Below, in pieces: positions 1 to 12,800 of a stretch of 64,000 nt of DNA. The stretch covers positions 310,001-374,000 of the forward strand of contig RSEE01000052.1 of the NCBI GenBank assembly GCA_003971905.1, in the 5' to 3' direction. Numbering within the stretch: position 1 is the first letter of the stretch; each line of letters begins with the position of its first letter. The translations under genes were made by a program, and so were the position numbers. A model generated the notes under the pieces. The model searched no databases and had not been told where the DNA came from. It saw nothing but the letters and a program-made list of their open reading frames with translations. Origin of the DNA: Moniliella sp. 'wahieum'. Lineage: Eukaryota.

Positions 1-283
1 CCCTGGTTCGGGCATGGGCCGAACCATGCTGTACCAGCCGCCGATCGATGAATTCCGCGTGCTGCGGACGAGCCTGCCGGGCGTGCCGGAACGCCATGCG
101 CCAATTGCAGGTCCTTCGGTGGTACTCTGCACCCAAGGTTCGGTAACGATGGAATTTGAAGGCGGATCGCTCCATCTTCCCGATGGCGGGGTAGCGTTTG
201 TCGCGCCCGCGGTCGCCATCACGTTTACCCCCGACCAGGACGCGATTGTGTTTCGCGCATTTGTCGAGGTGCCGCCACTGTGA
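1..283 (+). CDS. PMI40: Mannose-6-phosphate isomerase (PMI type I), C-terminal fragment; gene starts upstream of the window
   Basis: LYQPPIDEFRVL...GPSVVLCTQG...GGVAFVAP...VFRAFVE matches the C-terminal cupin domain of eukaryotic PMI (YxPPxxEF; GPSIxL; YRAF); stop TGA at 281-283. Confidence 0.8.
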   Translation, partial: PGSGMGRTMLYQPPIDEFRVLRTSLPGVPERHAPIAGPSVVLCTQGSVTMEFEGGSLHLPDGGVAFVAPAVAITFTPDQDAIVFRAFVEVPPL

Positions 284-915
284 ACCAGGCCAACGGACCT
301 CCAAGTGCCTATTTTTTTTTCGTCGATTTTTGTCTGTGCGTAATGCAGTATGGGATGTTTTCTCTTGTGCTACTAGATCTGGGCGAATGCGGTTACGCTT
401 CACCACGAGCGGGGGACCGGGGGGGGGGGTGGAGGCAGGAACGCTACAGGGCCCGTCAACGACATGAAAGGGCAGGATATGATGCGAATGGGGGATTAGT
501 AGAAGCAATTCCCATGATTATCCCAGAGGGCGCTTCGCCTACACAACGCAAAAGGGAAGTTTTTTTTTCCTTTGTCTTCGAGGGCACAAAAGATGGGACT
601 GGTGCCACAGGGGGGGTAAACCCGTAGGCACGCTACTAAGACAGCGCTAGTAGGATGGTGGCCAACTCCAACGCCGCTCTTCTGCGTCTTCAACCCCATC
701 TCGCCGGTCCATGGTCCCAGGACCATCAACGACACTGTTTCCACCTGGGCCGATAGCGCAGTAGACACCGCACCGCAAATCTCTGCAGTAGACACCGCAC
801 CGCAGGACGCGGACTAGTGGCCTGCGGTCCCAATCCCAGCTCTTGTTCCCCAGCTCTCTCTGCCTTCCCTCACTCACCTCCTTACCCATGACAGCGAGGG
901 TGGCGCCAACGGTTT

Positions 916-945
916 GTCCAGGTCCAGGTCCAGGTCCAGGTCCAA
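916..945. repeat. (GTCCAG)n hexamer microsatellite
   Basis: gtccaggtccaggtccaggtccaggtcca read directly. Confidence 0.9.
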
Positions 946-996
946 CACACCACCGCGCACAAGCCTGATGTGCTTGTCTCCCCACTTTTTTTCCTC

Positions 997-1060
997 CCCT
1001 CTCCACTCTCCCACTCTCCACTCTCCACTCTCCACTCTCCACTCTCACTCTCCACTCTCT
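997..1060. repeat. (CTCTCCA)n heptamer tandem repeat, ~8 imperfect copies
   Basis: ctccactctcccactctccactctccactctccactctccactctcactctccactctct read directly. Confidence 0.9.
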
Positions 1061-1399
1061 GCCCTTCCCCTCGGCGGTGGTCCAAAACTGCAGTTTACCT
1101 CAGTTGGATGCAAGGTGGGGTCGTGGATACCATGGGTGGCGGTCGCGGGTACGCACTGCACTCTGCTGCCTTTAGCTTTTCCATGCCCCGGCACATGGAG
1201 CCCGCCCAGCCGGACGTGCCCTGGCCCCTCGACCCCAGCCAGCTCCTCAGCTACTTGTCCCTTGTGGAACCTAAATCGATCTACATTCCATCCAACGTTT
1301 TCCATGCAGATAGATAACGACCCGAGAAATCATGCGCGAGATCCAGTTGCGAAAAAATAGCGGGCTCAACGTTGAGTTCAAGCCCGACAGACATACACG

Positions 1400-3494
1400 A
1401 CCATGAGGGGGCCGACCGAGCTAAAATGGCGAACGAGAACGGCCAGAACGGGGACGAGACAGTGAGGCGTACGGAGACACATTGAGGAGGGAAAGGGGGG
1501 AGATGAAGAAGAGGGAGGCGGAGGAGCTGGGCGGGCGGAAGCAGAATGCTTAGCGGGACCCGAGATGGCGCGATGAATATCCAAATCCGACGGCAAATCG
1601 TCCGAACGGTCCCGATGCAAGCCTCCAAGGGAGAAGAGGGCGTAACCATCCGTCCACTGGCCACAGGGCGGTGGGCCGTGATGGGCGGGGTAAGCCCCGC
1701 GTCGGGTTCGAATCGAGTGGGAACGTGGGTACGAGAACGAGAACGAGTGTGGGCCGGGCAGCCGGTCCCAATCCACCGCTCTTCCCGCGGTGCATCCTGC
1801 GTCGCGCCACGCCACATCCATTCGGGCAACTGCCGTGCCACCTCGGTCGCAATCACGTTGCCCCCTCGCGAATGCTGGGTGTGGCCGAGGGGCGCTGGTC
1901 CACGACGTGCGAACCGAGTGGGGCTCCGGGGCAGACGTGCGCGCACGACGTGCGCGCTCCGCATGCTCGGCGGCACAGACGGCCGTTCACTTTCTCCTCT
2001 TGCGTGGGCACCGAAGGAGTCTCCTCCCGTTCCGAGATGGACGGGGTACGAAAGCGGGCATAGCGAGATACGGACGCGTCCCTGGCCCAGTCTGAACGAA
2101 CTGACGGCGTGGACACATATCGCGATCGCACCGGAGAAAAGCCGTCCGATTCGGCATGATGGAAAGGCCGGTTTGTACCCACGGGAAGACAGCGGCAACG
2201 ACGGTGAACGTTCACGTACCGGCGCGCCGACGTGGAGTGGTAGCTTCGCAACGTACTAAAAGAAGAGGATTTGCTGTGCCCCCCGGAAGCCATCGACGCG
2301 CGGTCGGCTTCCGGCCCGTTTGGCTCGTCGATTCTTCTTCCCACGCTTCAGACAGCGCCTGCGATCCGTCCTCCGACCCAATCCCAAGCGAGGCACGTTG
2401 CAGGCGTGCCGAAGGGGTCCAGGAGAAACTCATTTTGGTGCAGGTCGAAGGACGAGCAGTGGAGGAGGAATCGTCACTCCGTTCGCTCCTCGCACGGGGT
2501 GAACTGGACCGCCGCCTCTCAAAGCGGGTGGAGGAACGGAAGAGCGGACCACGGTTTCGCCCCTCGTCCCTCGTATCTACCTCCCGCCCATTCAAAGAGC
2601 CCCGAATGGCACGGTCAATCGAGCTGTCGGTGCCAGGGTCGGGAGGTAACAGGAGGCAGCAGGTCTCGGCCCGGCCGACTCGAGGCATACACTTCGGGTC
2701 CCGGCACCGGGGTATCTTCTCGCTCGCGTGTGCGTGAGCGCGGTCCCATGCCCTGTCTGCGGTCGGGCGTCCCACTGTCCCAATCCCGCAGGCGCGAGTG
2801 GGCCCGATCTCGGTCTCTGCTACCCTTCCACCACGTCCCGGATCAGACGGAGCGCGTCCATCCGTCCCGGCGGCGTAGGCGACCGCGTCGGTCCAACTGT
2901 CTCGGCCAACGACATTTGGGATTCGGGACCAGGATCGCGTGCGGTGCTAGGCGCAGCCCAGTCCATCCGATCCGTCACGGAAAGGATGGGGGAGAGGCGT
3001 CTTCGATGGCCGGGCGGAGGCGTGAAGCTGGTTTCGCTCGCGAGCCGGCGGCGGGGGGAATCGGTTCACCTCAAACTCGCGCACATCGACCGCGTCAGAA
3101 CGGTTGGTGTAGGCGGGTGTGGGCTGGCCCATTCCGGTCACAGCAGGCAGGGGCGGACGAGGGCCCGGGGTGGGGGTGGCCAGGCCACGAGAGGGCCGAG
3201 GCCAGGGCCCGGAGCCGCGCGGGAGGGTGCGATGGAGCGTGCGAGGATTGAAGGTTTCCTCACGGTCCTGGTCAGGGCCGCTGACCAGTGCACGCGGTAG
3301 ACGCCTTCCTCGGCCAGCTCGCCAAGGGTGCTGGCGTGGGCCTCTTTGGTCGTACGCGACGCAGTACGCGTTGCCCCCACAATCGCGGCGCGTGCCGAGG
3401 CGAGCAGGAGGTGCTCCATCTGGCGGATGGCGGCGCGCTCGCCGAGCGTAGGCGAGTAGATCTCGGACGCGACCGAGAGCGCGTCGTCGTCCAT
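1400..3494 (-). CDS. Hypothetical Ser/Arg/Pro-rich protein, frameshifted; 3' end uncertain
   Basis: Protein-like start MDDDALSVASEIYSPTLGERAAIRQMEHLLL at ~3494, followed by overlapping minus-strand fragments (2947-3141, 2212-2775, 1853-2344, 1378-1821) in GC-rich coding-like sequence. No domain recognised. Confidence 0.4.
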
Positions 3495-4103
3495 GGTGGG
3501 GTTGGGGGGGAGGGCGGAGGCGGAGGCGGAGGCGAGGGCGAGGCGAGGGCGCGGGCGAGGCGGATGGCGGATGGCGAGCCAGCGCTCAGCCTGAGCGCTC
3601 ACCCGTCCACAGCAGCCGGCAGCCGGGACCGTCGATGATTGCAATGCATGATTGCGCGCTGAATTATGCAGGCAGGGGGGCAGTCCAGGCGGAGCCGGCA
3701 GTGGCCGGCAGTGGCTCTGGGCTATCGCAGCGGCAGGGCGCCAGTGTGTGCTTGCCCCGCCAGGCAGCACACACGCGATCGCTGCAAATCGCAAGTGTCG
3801 ATGCGGGGCACCGCGGCTGTGTCGCACCGCCTGCACGGGCACCAGCCTATTCCGCCTGCAGGCGGAACGCCTAGCGAACAGCAGCTCCTTACCAGCTCCT
3901 AGTGGCTAGTTGCTACAGGCTAGCTACTTCCTAGCTACGCCACACAGCCGACGGCCCGCCTCGATTAAGCCCGTAGTATTACATCCGTCAGCATCAGCGG
4001 CCCGGTCGAGGGAACAGGCAGCCCGCCCCTTGCCCCAGCGGCAACTGCAACGCTGCCATAGCAAGGCCCGACCGCCCACATTCCCGCTCCACATGCCAGC
4101 ATC

Positions 4104-6198
4104 CTAATCCTCGTCCCGAATCCGGGTAGCCTCAAAGTACGAAGGAGGCAAGTCCAGCTGGGTGTGCAGCTCTTCCTCGTATACCTCAGCCAGCACAGGC
4201 GGCGCAGCGGTAGAAGGCCCGCAGCGGGCGGGGCAGGAGGTGGCGATGGCAGTGGCGCCGCCTCCGCCTGGGCCAGCCTCCGTTTTTCGTCCGCCGCCGA
4301 CACGACAGCCGACGGTTGGGCCCGCCGCTGGTGGCGGGGGCAGAGGCGGGGCGGCACTGCTAGCACCCGCCTGAAGGCGGTACGCTCGCCGTTTGGCCAT
4401 CTGCGCCAGGCCGAGACAGAGTAATCATCTTGGGTGCAGGGCACAGGACCTCAATCGGTACCGTGAGCACAAACTCCCCCATTGGGGATGGAGGGTGGGG
4501 GGTTTTGCCCTTGGAGGAGGATGAAGTGGAGGCCTGGTGCACCTCCTTGACGCCGAGGTAGTAGTGCACACCCACAATGTCAGTTGAAAACGATGGTCCG
4601 ACGCTGGCAGGCAAGTCGAGTACGCCCTGCCAGCGGTACGTAGCGTTGCCCTTGGCTTGGGACACGAGCACCGCAGGTTTCGGGGCGACCCTAGCCAATA
4701 CATCGTTCATCCACCGCCTCGGAATCTTTCTTCCGCCGCACCAGGTTCACCCTTCGGTAGAGGCCTACCGACAAAGGCGATCCCACTTGCTTTTGCGTTT
4801 GAGAGACATGGTAAATGGGATGGAGGCCTGCAGAGGGAAAACGGCCGGGGACGAGGGCAGTTCAAGCGACCATTCGCTGTCCACTCGACCCTTGGAGAAG
4901 AGAGCAGACAGACCTTTCTTCTTATGCTGCAGCTCGCTTGTGCGTGCCAATCTCAATGCTGTGCCAACTGGACGAGGGTTCGACCAACTGTGCAAAAGGG
5001 GTATTGACCCTCAGCTGCCGTGTCATCTCTCCCCGCTTGTCCAGCAATGAGATCATCTTGCCCGGAGGAGGCGGGAGGAACTGGAACGGCAGTAAGATCC
5101 GGTCGTTACTCTGCAAGCGCCCCGGCGCCCAATCGTAACTTTTGCGTACCATTTCACATTGGACCATTGATCTCGATCCGGGGCGGGAGCAACACCTTCT
5201 TTGAGGGTATGCAGCAGTCCGTACCCCTTGCCAAGCAGACCGGATTCGGAGTACTTCTTTACGTCCGCGCTGGCGATGGCGCCCGGGCATCGTCGTCAGC
5301 CATCAACACAAACGAGGGTGGCAACTCGGCTCCGGTCGCGGTTTCCGCGGGCAGGTCGACATTGAAACCAAACGCGGCCGTTGCCCCGTCCTCCAGGACC
5401 TCCCATGAGGCAGGTTGCCCACTGCCTGAACAGGATGGAAGATCTGTTGCGCACTTCACAGGTGAGTCCTTGTTGCCCACGGGGGCGCGGTACAGCACCT
5501 GCTCCAACTGCAGCAGCAGCATTTCCTTCTCGCTAAAGCGCTCCAACTCGGGGCTGCGCTGGCGCAGCGACGTGGCATAGGGTGCATTGGGGTTCATCGC
5601 TGGTACGCGCACCAGCGCAACACATTTGATTTTGAGAGTGATGTGCGATATGCGGTCGCCTGTGCGGGGCGAATAGAGCACCCGACCCTCGACGGCGCCG
5701 CGACGCGCGCGCGCGTGCCGCCCATGTAGGTAGGAACCACTTGGGGGGGAGTGAACAGTCTAAGGCAGGTCAGGCACCAAGTACAACAACAGAACGGTAC
5801 CAACGTACTCGGCTCGGGCACAGCCCCCGGCGCCATATAGACATGCACCGTCTTACCCCGTGCCATGTTGGTCTTGGACTTGGACCTCGGCGCGGCGCGC
5901 GGCCGCACGCGCCTCATCCACAGCTCGCTGGGCCTTGACAGAGGGGAGTGTACTGGCCCCAGGCGGGAGAGGAGGACCATAGTTGGTTCGGGTGTAGCCG
6001 GGCGGGCCATCGGCGCGGTTGGTGGCGCCGTCCACGTTGGCTGGGTGGCCATGGACGGGGGGCCAGGATGGTGGGGAGAGGGCCAAAACGCTGCTCCACG
6101 CGATCCGTAACCTGCTCGCCCATCTGCTCCACCCGGTCCGTGAGCATCTGCCGGCCCCGGGACAGGGAGGCGTAGAGGGTGTCTTTGCGAGAAGCCAT
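4104..6198 (-). CDS. Arrestin-like adaptor protein with C-terminal PPxY motif (frameshifted, probably intron-containing)
   Basis: Fragments ISHITLKIKCVAL, FGFNVDLP...ELPPSF, NDRILLPFQFLP, PSFSTDIVGVHYYLGV, FVLTVPIEV fit an arrestin-like beta-sandwich; ends ...LDLPPSYFEATRIRDED* at 4104. Start taken at MASRKDTLY. Confidence 0.6.
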
Positions 6199-7206
6199 GG
6201 GGGGGGGAGGTGGTAGCGCTCGGCGGGCGATGGCAAGGGAAGGAGGGCGTTGCGGGGGATGACGAGTGGCTGCGGATCGCTGGGGGCGAAGCACAGCCCT
6301 GCAACTTGAAACTGCGGGCCAGGCTGTGCTGCCACGCTGAGTCCAGTCAATGGTCCTAGTTATCGTCTGTCGATTATCAATTATCGATCATCGATCATCG
6401 ATCATCGATCCAAACACGTTCACCTGTGCACTCTCAGTTGAAAGGAGGCATGCCTTCCCCCCCACCAAAGCTTCCCTTTTATGCCTCATGCCTCATGTAC
6501 CTGCCGGCTTGGCTGGGCCCTGTCGTCCAACCTCATGATCACCATCCAGTATAACAAAACGACAGGAAGCAGACGAGAGGATATGGCGAAAAAGGGTGAT
6601 AAAACCGTAATTCTCAAGTCAACCCAATTATAACACAACGACAGCACAATACCTGGAACGGTGGACGATGGAACGGTAGACCATCGGTGGTTACCCTATC
6701 GCAACCGAGGCGGGCCGTAGCCGTGTGGTGGTCTTTTACTATACCACCCTTTGGACAAAGAATAGAGGCACAGCCAATTTGTGAGTGGGTTTTTAAACAG
6801 CTGAGAGCGCTCTGTTTTGAGTCTCAGCGGGGGGGTGATTACTACACGTCGTCTATACACTCTCGAAAGGCTGAAGGACATTTGTGGAAAGATAATCGAG
6901 TAGAAGCATGTGAAAAGGGAATGCCGCGCAGACATTTGATCTTCAAAAGAGGGGGAAACGCATGAGAGTGAAAGAGATCCAGTAGAAGCCATAACAACTG
7001 CCGATGACAGTGGATGCGATGATGGATGGTCTGGGGACGCAGTGGAACCGGTAGGGGAGGGGGCTGGTTGCGAGGAATGAGAAGGAGCAAAGGGAGTGCA
7101 CTGAGGGAAACCAAAAAGACCGTCTCATGAAAAAGCGTATGGTGAGGGATCCGTGGGGGGAGCAACAAGCACGGAAGGAAACGTGGGAAGAATGGGCTCT
7201 GTTTCA

Positions 7207-9866
7207 TCAGTTCGTCGACTCGGAAGCACTGCCACCGTCGATTGAGCCAGAAACACCGCCACTGACCGAACCAGAAGCACCGCCACTGACCGAACCAGAA
7301 GCGCCGCCGCTGACGGAACCAGAAGCACCGCCACTGACGGAACCAGAAGCGCCGCCGCTGACGGAACCAGAAGCGCCGCCCCCAATGGAGCCAGAAGCGC
7401 CAGCACCACCCTCAAAGCCGCCGGCGCCACCGATACCCCAACCGCCGGAAGCGCCAGCGCCAACAGACTTGGAGACACCACCGCTAGCTCCACCCGCTCC
7501 GCTAATGCCCCAACCAGCGCCACCCTCACCGCCAAAGCCAGCGGAAGCACCAACACCAATAGACTTGGAGAAGCCGCCACTGGCACCGCCTGCGCCACCA
7601 ATGCCCCAGCCAGCGCCGCCTTCACCGCCAAAGCCAGCGGAAGCACCAGCACCAATAGACTTGGAGAAGCCGCCACTGGCACCGCCTGCGCCACCAATGC
7701 CCCATCCGGCGCCACCTTGACCACCGATGCCACCCTCACCACCGATGCCCCAACCGCCCGAAGCACCGGCACCAATAGACTTGGAGATACCGCCGCTTGC
7801 ACCTCCCGCCCACCAATGCCCCAGCCAGCGCCGCCTTCACCGCCAAGACCAGCGGAAGCACCGGCGCCGATAGACTTGGAGGAGCCGCCACTGGCACCGC
7901 CCGCGCCACCAATGCCCCATCCGGCGTCACCTTGACCACCGATGCCACCCTCACCACCGATGCCCCAACCGCCCGAAGCACCGGCACCAATAGACTTGGA
8001 GAAGCCGCCACTGGCACCGCCTGCACCGCCAATGCCCCAACCAGCGCCACCTTGACCACCGATGCCACCCTCACCACCGATGCCCCAACCGCCCGAAGCA
8101 CCGGCACCAATAGACTTGGAGATACCGCCACTGGCACCGCCTGCACCGCCAATGCCCCAGCCAGCGCCGCCTTCACCGCCAAGACCAGCGGAAGCACCGG
8201 CGCCGATTGACTTGGAGAAGCCGCCACTGGCACCCGCCCGCGCCACCAATGCCCCAGCCAGCGCCCCCTTGACCACCGATGCCGCCCTCACCGCCAAAGC
8301 CAGCGGAAGCACCGGCACCGATAGACTTGGAGAAGCCGCCACTGGCACCCCGCCCGCGCCACCAATGCCCCAGCCAGCGCCCCCTTGACCACCGATGCCA
8401 CCCTCACCGCCAAAGCCAGCGGAGGCACCGGCACCAATAGACTTGGAGAAGCCGCCGCTGGCACCGCCTGCGCCACCAATGCCCCAGCCAGCGCCGCCTT
8501 CACCACCAAGGCCAGCAGAAGCACCGGCACCGAGAGACTTGGAGAAGCCGCCGCTGGCACCGCCTGCACCGCCAATGCCCCAGCCAGCGCCCCCTTGACC
8601 ACCGATGCCGCCCTCACCACCGATGCCCCAGCCGCCCGAAGCACCAGCACACAATAGACTTGGAGAAGCCGCCACTGGCACCGCCTGCGCCACCAATGCC
8701 CCAGCCAGCGCCGCCTTCACCACCAAGGCCAGCAGAAGCACCGGCACGAGAGACTTGGAGAAGCCGCCGCTGGCACCGCCTGCACCGCCAATGCCCCAGC
8801 CAGCGCCCCTTGACCACCGATGCCACCTCACCGCAAAGCAGCGGAGGCACCGGCACCGATAGACTTGGAGAAGCCGCCACTGGCACCGCCCGCTCCGCCA
8901 AGGCCCCAGCCAGCGCCCCTGACCACGATGCCACCCTCACCGCCAAGCCAGCGGAAGCACCCACCAATAGACTTGGAGAAGCCGCCGCTGGCACCGCTGC
9001 GCCACCAATGCCCCAGCCAGCGCCGCCTTCACCACCAAGGCCAGCAGAAGCACCGGCACCGAGAGACTTGGAGAAGCCGCCACTGGCACCGCCTGCGCCA
9101 CCAATGCCCCAGCCAGCGCCGCCTTCACCACCAAGGCCAGCAGAAGCACCGGCGCCGATTGACTTGGAGACACCGCCGCTTGCACCGCCTGCTCCGCCGA
9201 TGCCCCAGCCGCCCGAAGCACCAGCACCAACTGACTTGGAGAATCCACCGCTGAGACCTGCGGACTCGGAGAACCCAGCGCCGAATCCAGCAGATTTGGA
9301 GAAGCCGCCGCTAAACCCCCCGACGCACTTGCCCCGGCTGACGCGCCAACGCTTCCGCTCGCACCGTTGTAGCCACTCCATGACTGCTCGCACCCCCGCT
9401 GGCGCTCCATCCCCAGCTTTCGGAGGCATTCTCACCCACGGAAGCGCTCCATCCGACGGACTTGTACACGCTACCGCTAGCGCCACCGTGAGCTGAAGCA
9501 GTTAGTGTCGCAGCTTCGGAAACGCTGCCACTGATGCTCCCCGAGGCACCAACGGCCCCCGACGCGCTGCCACTGGCTGACGCGGAGATCCCTTCGGAAG
9601 CATGATGAGAGACCGAGACCGAGACGACGAGACCGAGGCGTCTTCCGAACCGTCGTCGTCCTCGTCGCCACTTGCGTCCCAGCTTGAATGTGCCGACTTG
9701 TTGGCATTAACGTCGCGCGGCTCATTCCATGAGCCACCGTGGATGTTAACATCGCGCTTGATGTGATGACGGCGACCGACAGCGGACGGTGGTTGAATGT
9801 GTGCGCCAACTGCAAACAGTGCTTAGAACACCGTGGCAAGAAGAGCAAAGTAGGTTGAAGTTGCAT
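7207..9866 (-). CDS. Secreted glycine-rich tandem-repeat protein (frameshifted in assembly)
   Basis: ATG at 9866 with hydrophobic leader (MQLQPTLLFL..), probable Kex2 site HHIKR|DVNIHG, Ser/Ala/Gly spacer, ~18 repeats of GGFSKSIGAGASAGLGGEGGAGWGIGGAGGAS-type units, (GGASGSVS)n tail, and TGA TGA stop at 7209-7204. Confidence 0.75.
7250..9310. repeat. Coding tandem repeat: 96-120 bp units, plus 24 bp units at 7250-7400
   Basis: Anchor gacttggag recurs at ~7465, 7561, 7657, 7777, 7872, 7992, 8112, 8208 and onward, with spacings mostly of 96 or 120 bp. Confidence 0.9.
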
Positions 9867-12800
9867 AGAGAAGAAAAGAGAGAGAGTTGTGAAAGAGTGT
9901 GTTTGGGTGAAGAAGAGAGAGATTGGAAGAGAGGGGATGTTTGGGAAGGGGGGGGGGGAGGGAGAGAAGGGAAAGATAGAGAACAGCAAACAGGTTCGAG
10001 AGAAGATGCGAGTATAATATAGCACCCCGCAAAAGAATGATATACTGAACCGATGTGCGCAAAGCCTCCTAGGCCAGGCCGCACGGCGTCGCTCGCGCGG
10101 AGCCATTCGGAAGGTTTGGGGGACGGTTCCTATGTACAACTTGACATGGACACGTCTGTCCGTCCTGGTCCGCTTAGTTGGCACCAAAAAAAACGATGGC
10201 AAGGGTCCCCCATCCTGCTCCAGCACACCCAGAGAAAAGCCTTTGGTAGCCAACTGTTGAGTCTTTGCCCTCCGCTGTCCAGACACAGACGATCAAGGAG
10301 GGATCCGTTGTCAGGTGCATGTCAGGCACATCACGGCACCCAAAGGGCACATCATCGACATCTGGCATCCCTCCCGCAGGCAAGTGTACATACACTACAC
10401 TCGCGCAGCTGCACCCTGGCTGGTCATACCCGGCACTCCGTTGTTCTTTCAAAGAAGCTTCAACGTTTCAATAGTTCACAGCTTCAAGCTTATAGACGTG
10501 TCGTACGCCTAGTCCTGCAGTCCTGCCAGGTCCACCAGCCACTATTAGCTTCAAGCTTTCAGATCACAGATCTCACTTCTCACTTCTCAGGTCTCAGATC
10601 TCACTTAACTAGCTTGACTACTAGCACTAGCCGTGTTAGCCCCTGCTGGAATATGTTACCGGCCTAAGGCTCTAAGCAACAGACGGCCAATTTTCTTGGT
10701 GTTAGTAGTACCTAGTGCGGTCGCCGTCATTGCGTCACAGACACACGTCAACAATATGAGAGCTAACCGACGAAAGCTTGATGTTGACCAGCCTTAATCC
10801 GGTTTCCTACAGTATTGCTGAAACCCTGACCTGAACGGGCTGGACCAGGGACCAGCATGGCCTGATGCATAACATCGATCTCAACACCCTACCCGTACTC
10901 CTCGATATGTAGTGTGTACTTCTGGGTTGTGTCAGATTGGACCTCTCTGAGGTCTATATAGACTCTTCTAGCCTCGGATGTTCGCTGTTCGCAGATCGAT
11001 GGTCCAATAACAAGACAGTAAACGGCATATGGTATCAATGAGATGGCCGACGTGTAAGTGCTAAGCTGCGGCCTCTGTGGAAGATGGAGAGAACGATGGC
11101 TGCCTGTGTTTGGCGCACACTATATTGAGAGTTATTACATGCCATGCGCACATGGAAAAGTATATTGACGGACGATGAGGCCTGAGGCTCAGGCCTCTCA
11201 GATCTCAAATCCCAGGCACGACCAACCAAAACGACCGCAAAATACAATTACGTCCACACACACAAAACTATTATGGTCCATGGAGGGCGACTGCGCTCGA
11301 ATGAGAGCTCAACGAACGTGCACATATATAAGATCCAAGCGTGAATGGCGTACACGCCAAGGACCATACTACATGTATGTCGTACAGAAATCGCTCTCGA
11401 TCGATGAAAGCTCGATCAATGCGCCCAATGATGTAGTTTGTTATAGTGCATCACAACAGATCATAACTATCGATAATCGATAATTCACGGTCGAAAACGA
11501 GATGACTGTTGCCACTACACTCCGTCGATGGGCGCAGCGCTGCGCAGCGCTGTTGGCACTGATCTGGTTGTGGGCGCAATATGAGCCTCTTTTTCCACAC
11601 GTAAACCACACATACACTCGCTTATGATGCTCCTTTACAAGCTTTATACATGTTACACGACTACTACTAGGCACGACATCGGTTGGTTATATATTCCTCC
11701 TGTTACATGTTACATGTTACAGGTTGTACCCTGCCATGCATGCCACATGTCACATGGTGGCATACGAAGTGTTGTATATGTTGAGACATGCCATATATGC
11801 ACTGCGAATGCGTCCCTTGCTATAGCCAACGAGCCGTTACGCGTTACACGCGGGAACCCACGCTCCTCCGTTCTTTTCAGCGCCTCAACAGCCCAGCTGC
11901 ACTAAGCGTTACATTAGGGCGCGACTCGCGAGCACTCTTAGGGACCTTATGGGATCGGTTGCGGAAGAGAAAAGCCTAATAGAGCCTAATACTTCAGATC
12001 TTCTTAGACAAGGGGAGAGAAGGCAGAATGGATGAGCCCGGTGACCGGTGAGCGCGCAGGTTGATCGGCAATAAGGCCTAAGGCCTACTAAGGCCTAAGG
12101 TCAAGGCTTCATGTTCTTCAAGCGCTTGTTGGGACACTAGTGTGTGCCAAAAGTGCACTGCTTTAGCACTCGCTTCTTACTCTCTTCCGCTCCCTCCTTC
12201 TCTCCTCAGCTGTATACTGCTCTACCGCCTCTCACCAGGATTCCATCCATCCTGATAATCGACAATCCGACCTCTTTGGCTCTTTTAATTGCCGTTTCGC
12301 CAGAGGCCTGAGACCTGACATCGGGATCGAGTCGTTTCGCATGTCAGAGAAAGGAAGGAAGCTAGAGACAAATGTGAATAGGGGAGCTGGGATCGACGAA
12401 ACGAGCAGGGGTATATACTCAGCTTGCGAACGGAACCCCCTCCCAAATTTTGTAAGCGAGCGCCACCGATCGTAACTAGTGCTCTCCTGTGGCACGGGTG
12501 CCCGATAGCACTATCCTCTCACAACACAAACATTGGAAGTCTGCACACGGCATAAAGAAAGCTTTCCCACAGGCTCTGCTATCACGACGTGTTACATTTT
12601 CCGGTCCCCGGGTTAACGTGTTACAAAAAACGCCTTGAAGCTTGAACATCACTTGATGCCCCTGTAGGTGCGTGGGCATCACCACCGCACCATTTGTGTG
12701 GCTGACATATATCATACGACATATGCATCATGCAAAACATGACACCCTCTCGAGAGTCGCCGTTCCTCCGGGCGTTGAGACCGATTATCGGACGAGTCGG

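Noticed and set aside
758..804. 20-bp direct repeat gcagtagacaccgcaccgca (27-bp period) and nearby short ORFs at 496-1048
   Set aside because: Isolated local duplication; the ORFs have no recognisable domain and are partly made of microsatellite.
7250..9310. Regularly spaced repeats resembling a CRISPR array
   Set aside because: Units are contiguous codon-multiple repeats without unique spacers; eukaryotic context and no cas genes.
7127..9496. Plus-strand Pro-rich extensin-like ORFs (PPLAPPAPPMPQP repeats)
   Set aside because: Antisense shadow of the Gly-rich gene (GGN codons read as CCN); signal peptide, start and stop fit the minus strand.
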